Source of the DNA: Candidatus Sericytochromatia bacterium
Lineage (GTDB): Bacteria > Cyanobacteriota > Sericytochromatia > S15B-MN24 > UBA4093
Length of the DNA: 64,000 bases
Assembly: GCA_036676495.1 (NCBI GenBank)
Contig: JAKFCT010000029.1
Span: 80,051 to 144,050 of the forward strand
Direction of reading: 5' to 3'
Program-made: the position numbers and the translations under genes
The notes under the pieces: generated by a model
Told to the model about the DNA's origin: nothing
The model's input: the letters and a program-made list of their open reading frames with translations, nothing else
The model's database searches: none
Shown: positions 17,501 to 27,660 of the stretch, piece by piece
Position numbering within the stretch: position 1 is the stretch's first letter
How the letters are laid out: each line of letters opens with the position of its first letter

Positions 17501-18700
17501 ATGCTGACCTCCGCGAAGACCACTGAATTCATCGAGATGGAAGACCGGCTCGGGGCCCATAACTACCACCCCCTGCCGGTGCTCATCGAGAGCGCGGAGG
17601 GCGTCTGGGTCAAAGATGTCGAGGGCAAGCGGTACCTGGACTGCCTCAGCGCATACTCCGCGGTGAACCAGGGCCACTGCCATCCCCGCATCCTCAAGGC
17701 CCTCACCGAGCAAGCCTCCAAGGTCACCCTGACCTCGCGGGCCTTCCGCAACGATCAGCTCCCCTTGCTCTACCAGGAGATGGTGGAGATGACCGGCTTC
17801 GAGCGGGTGATCCCCATGAACTCGGGAGCCGAGGCCGTCGAGACCGCCATCAAGGCCTCCCGCAAGTGGGCCTACGACGTGAAGAAGGTCCCCGCCAACC
17901 AGGCCGAGATCATCGTCTGCTCCAACAACTTCCACGGCCGGACCACCACGCTGGTCTCCTTCTCGACCGAGCCGCTCTACCAAGACGGCTTCGGCCCCTT
18001 CACGCCGGGCTTCAAGGTCATCCCCTTCGGCGATCTGTCGGCCCTCGAAGCCGCCATCACCCCCAACACCGCCGCCTTCCTCTTCGAGCCCATCCAGGGT
18101 GAGGCCGGCGTGATCATCCCGCCCGACGGCTTCCTGCGCGAGGCTCAGCGCCTCTGCCGCGCAAACCGCGTGCTCATGATCGCCGACGAGATCCAGACCG
18201 GTCTGGGACGCACCGGCCGCCTCTTCGCCTTCGAGCACGAGGGGATCCGCCCGGATATCGTGGTGATCGGCAAGGCCCTCTCGGGCGGCTTCTACCCGGT
18301 CTCGGCGATGCTCTCCTCCGCCGAGGTCATGGACGTCTTCAAGCCGGGCTCGCACGGCAGCACCTTCGGCGGCAACCCGCTGGGCTGCGCCGTGGCCCGC
18401 GCCGCGCTGGCGGTCCTGCGCGACGAGGACCTCGTCGCGCGCTCGGCCGAGCTGGGCGATTACTTCCTCACCCGTCTCAAGGGCCTGAAGAGCCCCTATA
18501 TCGTCGAGGTTCGCGGCAAGGGCCTGCTCATCGGCATCCAGCTCAACACCGCCGCGCGCCCCTTCGCCGAGCGCCTCATGGCCGCGGGCATGCTCTGCAA
18601 GGAAACCCACGACGTGGTCCTGCGCGTCGCGCCTCCCCTGGTCATCACGCGCGAAGAGCTCGACTGGGCCTTCGACCGCCTGGCGGAAGTCCTGGCCTAA
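17501..18700 (+). CDS. rocD: Ornithine--oxo-acid aminotransferase
   Basis: [73 protein letters not shown] extended -10 and AAGGAG RBS upstream. Confidence 0.95.
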   Translation: MLTSAKTTEFIEMEDRLGAHNYHPLPVLIESAEGVWVKDVEGKRYLDCLSAYSAVNQGHCHPRILKALTEQASKVTLTSRAFRNDQLPLLYQEMVEMTGFERVIPMNSGAEAVETAIKASRKWAYDVKKVPANQAEIIVCSNNFHGRTTTLVSFSTEPLYQDGFGPFTPGFKVIPFGDLSALEAAITPNTAAFLFEPIQGEAGVIIPPDGFLREAQRLCRANRVLMIADEIQTGLGRTGRLFAFEHEGIRPDIVVIGKALSGGFYPVSAMLSSAEVMDVFKPGSHGSTFGGNPLGCAVARAALAVLRDEDLVARSAELGDYFLTRLKGLKSPYIVEVRGKGLLIGIQLNTAARPFAERLMAAGMLCKETHDVVLRVAPPLVITREELDWAFDRLAEVLA

Positions 18701-18712
18701 CCCCCAGCCTCC

Positions 18713-18746
18713 ACGAGCCCCGCGACCGATCGGTCGCGGGGCTCGT
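18713..18746. terminator. Perfect 34-bp palindrome downstream of rocD (probable terminator)
   Basis: ACGAGCCCCGCGACCGA|TCGGTCGCGGGGCTCGT. Confidence 0.6.
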
Positions 18747-18799
18747 CCCACGTAAGGGCTGCTTGCCTGCTGGGTATGAGAAAAAAACCCCTCGCGTCG

Positions 18800-18970
18800 A
18801 GCGCCTGCGGCCAGGGCAGAAAAAGCGAAGCTGACCTTTAGCGCCCGCGGCTGTTGCGAGACGCCCGTGGCTGGAGACCAGTAAAGCGAGCGTTAACCGA
18901 GAGCCGCATGGGTAGAGGCTGAAAGTCAAAGCTCGCTGTCCTGCAGCAACGAAGATCGCTCTAGAAACGG
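18800..18970 (+). promoter_or_regulatory. Degenerate 20-bp-period motif array upstream of a lipoprotein gene
   Basis: GGCC/AGCT/GGCT ends at 18812, 18832, 18852 and 18872. Shares AGCGCCCGCGGCTGTT and AAAGCGWAGCTGACC with 33125-33320. Confidence 0.55.
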
Positions 18971-18995
18971 CATTAGCCATAAGGAGTCACCGGAA

Positions 18996-19979
18996 ATGAA
19001 ATCGCGCGTCTGGCTGGGAACGGCCTTGGCCCTGGGAGTCCTCGGCTGCTCCGGCAACCCCATGGGCAGCTCCTCCAACCCCTACGGGGTTCCGACCTCG
19101 GTCTCGCTCACCATGCCCGACTCGCTGAAGACCGTTTCCGCCTTGAAGACCGTCTCCGCCTACCGGATCCAGGCCGACGACTTCTCCATCGGAGAGCAGA
19201 TCGGCGCCAACCTCGAAATCTACACGGCCTCGACCGAGCTGATCGACGAGATCCTCAGCAGCCTTTCGGACGTGAACCTCACTCCGGGCAAGCCCCATAC
19301 CGTCACGGAAGACGGCGAGACCTTGACGGTTCTCCTGGAGGTCAAATCCGACCACGCCGTGATCTCCATCGGGGAGGGAGCATCGGCCACCGGCGAGAAC
19401 CAGATCATCGGCATCTCCTTCACCGGCCCGACCAAAGGCCGCGCCGTCTTCCGCTCCCGCGAGCCGATGCCGGGAGCCGGAACGTTCGCCCTGGAGACGA
19501 TCTTCGACCTCGACGCGGGCAAGGTCTCGGCAAACGGCTACTCCGACACCACCATGCTGGCCGAGGACGATCCGCAGAAGTTCTCCGCCCACTGGGAGTT
19601 CAGGAGCCATAAGAAGCCCCCGGCGGGAGTTCCATGGTTCACGGCGAGGGCGTCCGCCTACTTCCATCTGCCGAGCAAGCCGGACGAGTCCGGCGTCTAC
19701 GCCCTGGTGGCCAACTGCCTCGACGACGGCAGCGCGGCCGCCATCCTCGGCATTCGCATGCCCCTGACCGGACCCGACTTCGCGCTGCTCCCCAGCGACG
19801 AAACCACCGGCAACACCGGCTTCTTTCTGGGCGCCGACGGCCGAGACATCCTGCCTGGTTCGGCTTCGGCCGCGCTGAAGGCGCTCGTGCCTTCCCAGGA
19901 CACGATCTACCAGCCGTTCCCGGCGGACCCGAGCCAGGGCCAGCCGCTGGCCGAGGCCATGTTCGCGTTTCCCCGCTAA
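18996..19979 (+). CDS. Hypothetical lipoprotein
   Basis: AAGGAG RBS, lipobox VLGC, beta-rich body; no family recognised. Confidence 0.75.
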   Translation: MKSRVWLGTALALGVLGCSGNPMGSSSNPYGVPTSVSLTMPDSLKTVSALKTVSAYRIQADDFSIGEQIGANLEIYTASTELIDEILSSLSDVNLTPGKPHTVTEDGETLTVLLEVKSDHAVISIGEGASATGENQIIGISFTGPTKGRAVFRSREPMPGAGTFALETIFDLDAGKVSANGYSDTTMLAEDDPQKFSAHWEFRSHKKPPAGVPWFTARASAYFHLPSKPDESGVYALVANCLDDGSAAAILGIRMPLTGPDFALLPSDETTGNTGFFLGADGRDILPGSASAALKALVPSQDTIYQPFPADPSQGQPLAEAMFAFPR

Positions 19980-20038
19980 TCCCGCTCCATCAGCCGAGGA
20001 GGGCCTCCGGGTCGCCGCGGCGACCCCGCGCAGTAAGC

Positions 20039-20078
20039 AAAAAAGCAGGCCGCCGCTCCCAATGGAGCGGCGGCCTGC
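20039..20078 (-). terminator. Rho-independent terminator between convergent genes
   Basis: A6 tract followed by GCAGGCCGCCGCTCC-caat-GGAGCGGCGGCCTGC, giving a U-tract on the minus strand. Confidence 0.8.
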
Positions 20079-20089
20079 GGCGTTTCGGA

Positions 20090-21259
20090 TCAGATCACCA
20101 TGATCTCGTGGACGGCGTGGTCCTCCTGGAAGCGCGAGAGGCGCAGGGGAGTGAGGTCGATGGAGGGCTTGCCGTCGAGGATGAGCTCGGCGACGAGCTG
20201 GCCGGTGGCGGGGGCCTGCATGAAGCCGTGACCGCTGAAGCCCGCGGCGACGATCAGGTTGGAGACCTCGGCGTGCCGGTCGATGATCGCGTGGTGATCG
20301 GGGGTGACTTCGTAGAGGCCGGCCCAGGAAGTGGCGACCTGGCCTTCTTCGAGGCGGGGCATGCGGGCGATCGCCGCCATCACGATCTCGCCGATGAAGT
20401 CCTCGTCCAGGTTGGTGTTGAACCCGGGGGGCTCGGCCTTGTTGGCGAGGCCCATCAAGAGGCCGGAGCCTTCGGGGTGCATGTAGATCCCGGAGCCGTT
20501 GTCGACCATCATCGGCCAGTTCGGGTCGATCCAGGGCATGGCGGCCGTGGTGGCGATGTGGCGGCGCACGGGGACGACGGGGATGTCGAGGCCGAGCATC
20601 TTGCCGAGTTGGCCGGCCCAGGCCCCGGCGGCGTTGATGACGAGGCCGGCGGCGATGGGGCCCTGCGGAGTCTGGACGGCGGTGATGCGGCCGCCGTCGG
20701 TTTCGAAGCCGATCACGGGGCGCTGGTTGAGGACGCGGACGCCCAGGCGGCGGGCGGCCTTGAGGTAGCCCTGAAGGAAGCCATGGGGATCGCCCAGGCC
20801 GTCGATCGGGCAGAAGTGGGCGCCGACGAGATCCGAGGTCTCCAGCGCGGGGACCATCTCCTTGATGCGGTCGGGCGTGAGGGCCTCGACGGGGACGCCC
20901 CAGCGGCGCTGCAACTCGGCGTTCTGCTTGGCGATCTCCCAGTTCTCGGGGGTGGGGGACATGAACATGTAGCCGACTTGACGGAAGTCGACGGGAAGGT
21001 CCATCTCCTCGGAGAAGGTCTCGAAGTGCTTGATGGAGAGCAGGGAGAGCTGGATGTTGACGGGGGTGGTGAACTGGGCGCGGATGCCCCCGGCGCACTT
21101 GGCGGTGGATTCGGCCCCGAAGAAGAGCTCGCGTTCGAGCAGGATGACGTCCGTCATGCCGCGTTTGGCGAGGTGGTAGGCGATGGCGGCGCCGATGATC
21201 CCTCCGCCAACGATGACGACTTCCGCACGTTCCATTTTGGGACTCATGGAGGGGCTCAT
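20090..21259 (-). CDS. FAD-dependent oxidoreductase (DAO / sarcosine oxidase beta-like)
   Basis: VVIVGGGIIG, STAKCAGGIRAQF, WAGLYEVTPDHH, GFSGHGFMQAPATG. Confidence 0.9.
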   Translation of the reverse strand: MSPSMSPKMERAEVVIVGGGIIGAAIAYHLAKRGMTDVILLERELFFGAESTAKCAGGIRAQFTTPVNIQLSLLSIKHFETFSEEMDLPVDFRQVGYMFMSPTPENWEIAKQNAELQRRWGVPVEALTPDRIKEMVPALETSDLVGAHFCPIDGLGDPHGFLQGYLKAARRLGVRVLNQRPVIGFETDGGRITAVQTPQGPIAAGLVINAAGAWAGQLGKMLGLDIPVVPVRRHIATTAAMPWIDPNWPMMVDNGSGIYMHPEGSGLLMGLANKAEPPGFNTNLDEDFIGEIVMAAIARMPRLEEGQVATSWAGLYEVTPDHHAIIDRHAEVSNLIVAAGFSGHGFMQAPATGQLVAELILDGKPSIDLTPLRLSRFQEDHAVHEIMVI

Positions 21260-21395
21260 GGGGTCGATTTCGCACTCCCGCTCGTCTTCGAGCCAACGGG
21301 GCCGCAGGCCCCAAAAACCGCTACGACAGCCTTATTCTAGCAGGGCCGAGGGGGTTCTACCAGGCGAAAAACCGGGGGATGGCGAGCGCCTGCGG

Positions 21396-21671
21396 CTAGA
21401 GGGCCCCTTCGGCGCCCAGGAGGATGCCGGCGATGAGGCGGATGGCGATGGAATAGACGAAGTAGGCGATCATCGGGCTGAGGTCGATGCCGATCGACAT
21501 CGGGAGGACCCGGCGGAACGGCGCGACGGTGGGCTCGATGATGCGGCCGACGAACTGGACGGCGGGATGGTGGCGCGGGATCTGGGGGATCCAGGAGAGG
21601 ACGACCCAGACGAGCAGCAGCAGCGACCAGAGCCGGAAGACCGAGTAGAGAACGGTAACGATAAAGGCCAT
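21396..21671 (-). CDS. yggT: YggT/YlmG family membrane protein
   Basis: VVLSWIP...EPTVAPFRRVLP..GIDLSP; syntenic with sepF and proC. Confidence 0.9.
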   Translation of the reverse strand: MAFIVTVLYSVFRLWSLLLLVWVVLSWIPQIPRHHPAVQFVGRIIEPTVAPFRRVLPMSIGIDLSPMIAYFVYSIAIRLIAGILLGAEGAL

Positions 21672-21674
21672 GAC

Positions 21675-22490
21675 TTACCCCTTCCCTAGCGCCTTGGAGC
21701 GTTCGGTGGCCGCCGAAACCGCGAGGCATAGGGTGGCGCGGATGGCGGATTGTTCGAGCACGTGCAGTCCGGCGGCGGTGGTCCCGGCGGGGGTGGTGAC
21801 CTGATCCTTGAGCTCCGCGGGGTGCTTACCGGATTGCTGGACGAGCATGGAGGCACCCTTCACGGTCTGGCAAACCAGTTCCCGCGCGATGCGGCGCGGC
21901 AGTCCCTGCTGGACGCCGGCCTCGATGAGGGCCTCGATGATCAGGGTAACATACGCAGGCCCGGATCCGCTGAGACCGGTGACGGCGTCGAAGTAGTGCT
22001 CAGGAAGTTCGAGGACCTCGCCGACGGCGCCGAAGATGGCGCGGGCCAGGTCGAGTTGCTCGGGGGTGACGTCGGAGTTGGGGGCAAGGGCCGTGATCCC
22101 CTCGCCGATGACGCAGGGGGTGTTGGGCATGGCCCGGACCAGGGGGGGGACTCCCTGGGGGAAGTAGGGGGCGAACCCGTCGAGCCTGAAGCCGGCGACG
22201 ATCGAGAGGCCCATGGAGGTCGGGCGCCAGTGGGGCCCGACCTCGCGCAGGACGTCCGGAAGTTGTGCCGGCTTGACGGCGAAGATGACGGTTTCGGCCT
22301 CCACGGTGCGGAGGTTGCCCGTGGTGGTCTGGATGCCGTAGGTCTCTCGCAGGGAGTCGAGGCGGGCCTCCAGCGGATCGCTGACGAGCAGCGCCGAGGG
22401 CTCGAAGAGACCCTGGGCGAGGAGGCCCTTGATCAGGGCCTCCGCCATGGTGCCGCCTCCGATGAAGGAGAGCTGGGGCGTAGAAGGCAC
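21675..22490 (-). CDS. proC: Pyrroline-5-carboxylate reductase
   Basis: FIGGGTMAEA, RAMPNTP, TGLSGSGPAY, VTTPAGTT. Confidence 0.95.
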   Translation of the reverse strand: MPSTPQLSFIGGGTMAEALIKGLLAQGLFEPSALLVSDPLEARLDSLRETYGIQTTTGNLRTVEAETVIFAVKPAQLPDVLREVGPHWRPTSMGLSIVAGFRLDGFAPYFPQGVPPLVRAMPNTPCVIGEGITALAPNSDVTPEQLDLARAIFGAVGEVLELPEHYFDAVTGLSGSGPAYVTLIIEALIEAGVQQGLPRRIARELVCQTVKGASMLVQQSGKHPAELKDQVTTPAGTTAAGLHVLEQSAIRATLCLAVSAATERSKALGKG

Positions 22491-22517
22491 GGGGCTAAGC
22501 TCCTTGCGGGGCCTGAA

Positions 22518-22988
22518 CTAGCGAACGCGCCAGAAGAGGTCCTTGGAGGGAGCGGTGGTCGCGGCGGCCGCGGCCTGGCTGGCGCCGGGCATCCACGACT
22601 GTTCGGCGTGGAGGGCGTTGATCTTGACGTTGGAGGGGGCGAAGAGGAAGATGGCGTCGCCAATCCGCTCCTGGTTGCCGTCGAGGGCGTGGCAGGCGCC
22701 GGAGACGAAGTCGACGAGGCGCTGCGACTGCTCGGCGGTGAGGCCGTTCAGGTTGAGGATGACCGCGCGGCGGGAGCGCAGGTTCTCGATGATGCCGAGG
22801 GCGTCGTCGAAGCTGCGGGGTTCGAGGACGACCATCTCCTGGGAGTTGGGGGCGGGCAGGCCCACGATGTTGCGGGCCGACTTCTTGGGCTCGTTGGTCA
22901 TCGTCTCTTCCTCTTCGTAAGCCTCATCGAGGTCTCCATCAAGCCCCACGAAGGTCTTCACCTTGCTCCAGATCTCGGCGCTCATCAT
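22518..22988 (-). CDS. sepF: Cell division protein SepF
   Basis: EPRSFDD, AVILNL, QRLVDFVSG...LDG, IFLFAP. Confidence 0.93.
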   Translation of the reverse strand: MMSAEIWSKVKTFVGLDGDLDEAYEEEETMTNEPKKSARNIVGLPAPNSQEMVVLEPRSFDDALGIIENLRSRRAVILNLNGLTAEQSQRLVDFVSGACHALDGNQERIGDAIFLFAPSNVKINALHAEQSWMPGASQAAAAATTAPSKDLFWRVR

Positions 22989-23716
22989 GCCTCCTTAGTT
23001 TGCTGTATTGCCGGTCGTCGTCCAAAAAGAGCCGAGCCGATCCGGACGATCGTGGCTCCTTCTTCGATGGCGACAGCAAAGTCCTGACTCATCCCCATCG
23101 AAAGTTCGCTCAAGTTCGCGCGGTCCCCGACGGCGCGTTGGCTGGCGTCGCGAAGCTCGCGCAGCTGCCGGAACACTCCGCGCACCGACTCCGGATCCGC
23201 CGCGTAGGGCGCCACCGTCATCAGGCCGCGAAGGCGGAGGTTCTCCAGGCCCAGGACGTCCTGGACGGCCGCCGGTAGATCCTCCGGGAAGAACCCGAAT
23301 TTACTCGCTTCCCGGGCGACGTTGACCTGGAGGAGGATGTCCTGGCGGGCCGAACCCTGCCAGTGGGCCTCCGCGCGGGCGTCGAGCTCCCGGGCGAGTT
23401 TCACGGAGTCCACTCCGTGAAGGAGATCGAAGGTTCCGACGGCCTGCTTGACCTTGTTGGTCTGCAGGTGCCCGATCAGGTGCCACGCGAGGTCCAGATC
23501 CGCCAGCTCCGCTTGCTTGCGAAGGGCCTCTTGAACCCGGTTCTCCCCGATCGTTCGGATCCCCAGGGCGTGAATCGCACGGATCCGATCCGCGCTCACC
23601 TGCTTGGTCACCGCCAAGAGGCGGATGCTTGCAGGGTCCCTACCCGAACGTTCAGCCGCCCGCTCAAGACGGGCGCGAACGGTGGCCAGATTGGCGTTCA
23701 AGTCGGGCAGCATCAC
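22985..23716 (-). CDS. yggS: PLP homeostasis protein (YggS/PipY)
   Basis: LLAVTK, GENRVQE, WHLIGHLQTNK, LSMGMSQDF, VRIGSALFG. Confidence 0.95.
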   Translation of the reverse strand: MMLPDLNANLATVRARLERAAERSGRDPASIRLLAVTKQVSADRIRAIHALGIRTIGENRVQEALRKQAELADLDLAWHLIGHLQTNKVKQAVGTFDLLHGVDSVKLARELDARAEAHWQGSARQDILLQVNVAREASKFGFFPEDLPAAVQDVLGLENLRLRGLMTVAPYAADPESVRGVFRQLRELRDASQRAVGDRANLSELSMGMSQDFAVAIEEGATIVRIGSALFGRRPAIQQTKEA

Positions 23717-23865
23717 GTCAACAAACAGGCATGGTGGTGGTTGCCAACCGACTATATCACCCGTCGACCCTCATTACAATAGCGGCCTTCCCGCATGGCG
23801 ACTGTGGGATCCGTCACCGAGTCCGCGGCCGTCCGCCCGCGACCGGACGCGGAGGCGTACGCGGA

Positions 23866-25431
<1,566 letters not shown>

Positions 25432-25565
25432 GGGAACCTCCTTGTGACATGAGGGGGCTATACCCGCTTTCAGGCATCGTGAACAAGTCCCTTCGTGCGC
25501 CTTTCCATGGTCCCGGCGAGGGCCCCTCGATAAGCTGGGGGGAGGGCCATGCGAAGGAGGTTTCC

Positions 25566-26663
25566 ATGCGGGCAGATCGCCGAAGCCCCGCCCGGAGTTC
25601 GTGGCGCCGGTCGCGCTTGCCGGCCGCCGTGGCGCTCGGCATGCTGGGCTTGCTACCCGGCTGCGTCTGGCGGCCGCTGGAGGTTCCGGCGGCGGACACC
25701 TACCGGATCCAGGCGGAATTCGTGGTGGTGGCCATGGCGGCGGGGGCCGGGGACGGGTGGAACCTGCTTCAGATCGGGGTGGGGGATCCGGTGGAGGCTC
25801 CGGACGCGGGGCAGGTGGCGGCGGCGGTGGTGGATACCGGGGTGGATCCGCGGCATCCGGATCTGGCGGGCCGGCTGCTGCCGATGCAGGACATGGTCGG
25901 GGACGACACCTACGACGGGCGGGTGGCCTACCGGGGCAAGGACGGCAACGGGCATGGGACGCATATCGCGGGGATCATGGCCGGGGTGCTGGGGACGGCG
26001 CGGGTGCCGATCCTGCCGGTGAAGGCCATCGGGCATTCGGGCGTGGGCGACGATCGGACGATTGCGCGGGGCGTGCGGGCGGCGGTGGACTTCCGGGATC
26101 CCGCGCGGCCGGATCTGCGGGTGCGGGTGATCAACCTGAGCGTGGGGGGCAAGACCTCCTCGGCGGTGCTGGAGGAGGCGATTCGCTACGCCTTGAGCCG
26201 GGACGTGCTGGTGGTGGTGGCGGCGGGCAACCGCGAGCGGGGGGTGGACTACCCGGCGGCCGAAGCCGTCAGCCTCGCCGTGGGGGCGACCACCGTCAAG
26301 GATCAGCTGGCCTCTTACTCCAACCGGGGCCCGGAGCTGGCAATTTCGGCGCCGGGCGGGGACGGCGCGGAGTCGGTGATGAGCACCTGGCCGACCTACC
26401 TGACGGCCTCCGACTACAAGAAGGGCCTGAGCGCCCCGCATGCCTACGGGGGCATGGTGGGGACCTCCATGGCCGCTCCGCACGTGACGGCGACGGCGGC
26501 CCTGCTCTTCGCCCGGGACAGCCGGCTCACGGCCGAGCAGGTCCGCACCCGGCTGCAGGCCACGGCGGACGATCTGGGGCCCGTGGGGCCGGATCCGTAC
26601 TTCGGGCTGGGGCGGCTCAACGTCAAGCAAGCCTTGAGGCAGGGAGGCCATGATGCCCGCTAG
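25566..26663 (+). CDS. Subtilisin-like S8 serine peptidase, probable lipoprotein
   Basis: Catalytic triad motifs VDTGVD, HGTHIAG and GTSMAAPHV; lipobox LPGC; GAAGGAGG RBS before ATG 25566. Confidence 0.92.
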   Translation: MRADRRSPARSSWRRSRLPAAVALGMLGLLPGCVWRPLEVPAADTYRIQAEFVVVAMAAGAGDGWNLLQIGVGDPVEAPDAGQVAAAVVDTGVDPRHPDLAGRLLPMQDMVGDDTYDGRVAYRGKDGNGHGTHIAGIMAGVLGTARVPILPVKAIGHSGVGDDRTIARGVRAAVDFRDPARPDLRVRVINLSVGGKTSSAVLEEAIRYALSRDVLVVVAAGNRERGVDYPAAEAVSLAVGATTVKDQLASYSNRGPELAISAPGGDGAESVMSTWPTYLTASDYKKGLSAPHAYGGMVGTSMAAPHVTATAALLFARDSRLTAEQVRTRLQATADDLGPVGPDPYFGLGRLNVKQALRQGGHDAR

Positions 26664-27606
26664 CGTGCGCGCTGGTCTACTGCCTGCCATTCTGGTGCTG
26701 GGGCTTGCGGGTTGCGGCTGGAACCCGTTCGGGGGACGGACGTTCGAGGCCGTGATCACGGATCAGGCGGGCGTTCCCTTGCCCGGGGCGGTGGCCTCCT
26801 CGGGGGGCCACGGGGCGATCGCGGATGCCCAGGGGCGCGTGGCGCTGTCGGGGGCGGGAGAGCGGGTCTGGGTGCAGAAGACGGGCTACGGCCGGCTGGA
26901 GGTGGATGCCGCGTCGGGGGCCGTGACGCTCGCCAAGCGTGCGACGCCGATCTCCATCGTCTGGGACGAGCGCTTCTCGGCGCCCGTCGCGATGGAGGGC
27001 CTGAAGAGCCACCTGGTCAACCGGGGCTTCAGCGTCTCCACCCTCTCGGGGGGAGCGCTTCCCGCCGAAGCCGATGTCCTGGTGCTCAGCTGCCCCTCAT
27101 GGTTCACCGAAGAGGCCTACGGCCAGTACATGCGCGCGGCGCACGCCGGCACCAAGCTGATCCTCCTGGGCGAATGGGGCGGGTACGACGGGGTGGACCT
27201 CGCCGCCCTCACCTCGATTTCCAGCAAGGCCGGCATCTCCTTCCAGTCGGGCCAGGTGCGGGTCTACGGCAGCGAAGGACAGCCGCAGTCCTGGCTCTCC
27301 CTCAAGGAGATCAGCCCCAGCCCGCTCGCTTCGGGCGTCAACGCCGGGGTCACGGTCTTCACCGCGGGCCTTCTCGCGCTCGAGGCTCCTGCCCGCGCGG
27401 TGCTGGCCTCGGATCCGAAGGCGATCCGCATCCTGCGCTGGGAGGTCGGAACCCAGACCCTTGCGGCCATGGGCCCGCTCGGCAAGAGCCAGGTGCTGGC
27501 GATCGCCGACTCCTCGTTATTCTCCGATTCGACCGGCCCGCAAGGCGCCCCGCAGTGGAAAGCATCCGACAATGCCCGCTTTGCCGAGAACGTGATGGCC
27601 TGGTAA
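26650..27606 (+). CDS. Hypothetical lipoprotein (prealbumin-like domain plus GATase-like/DUF4350-type domain)
   Basis: Lipobox LAGC; ITDQAGVPLPGA; C-terminal ADVLVL..P, ADSSLF and DNARFAENV. Overlaps the peptidase stop. Confidence 0.7.
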   Translation: MMPASVRAGLLPAILVLGLAGCGWNPFGGRTFEAVITDQAGVPLPGAVASSGGHGAIADAQGRVALSGAGERVWVQKTGYGRLEVDAASGAVTLAKRATPISIVWDERFSAPVAMEGLKSHLVNRGFSVSTLSGGALPAEADVLVLSCPSWFTEEAYGQYMRAAHAGTKLILLGEWGGYDGVDLAALTSISSKAGISFQSGQVRVYGSEGQPQSWLSLKEISPSPLASGVNAGVTVFTAGLLALEAPARAVLASDPKAIRILRWEVGTQTLAAMGPLGKSQVLAIADSSLFSDSTGPQGAPQWKASDNARFAENVMAW

Positions 27607-27660
27607 ACTAGGGGAGACGTCATCGCTGTTTCAAGCCGGGCCTTCCCGCACCAGGATCGC

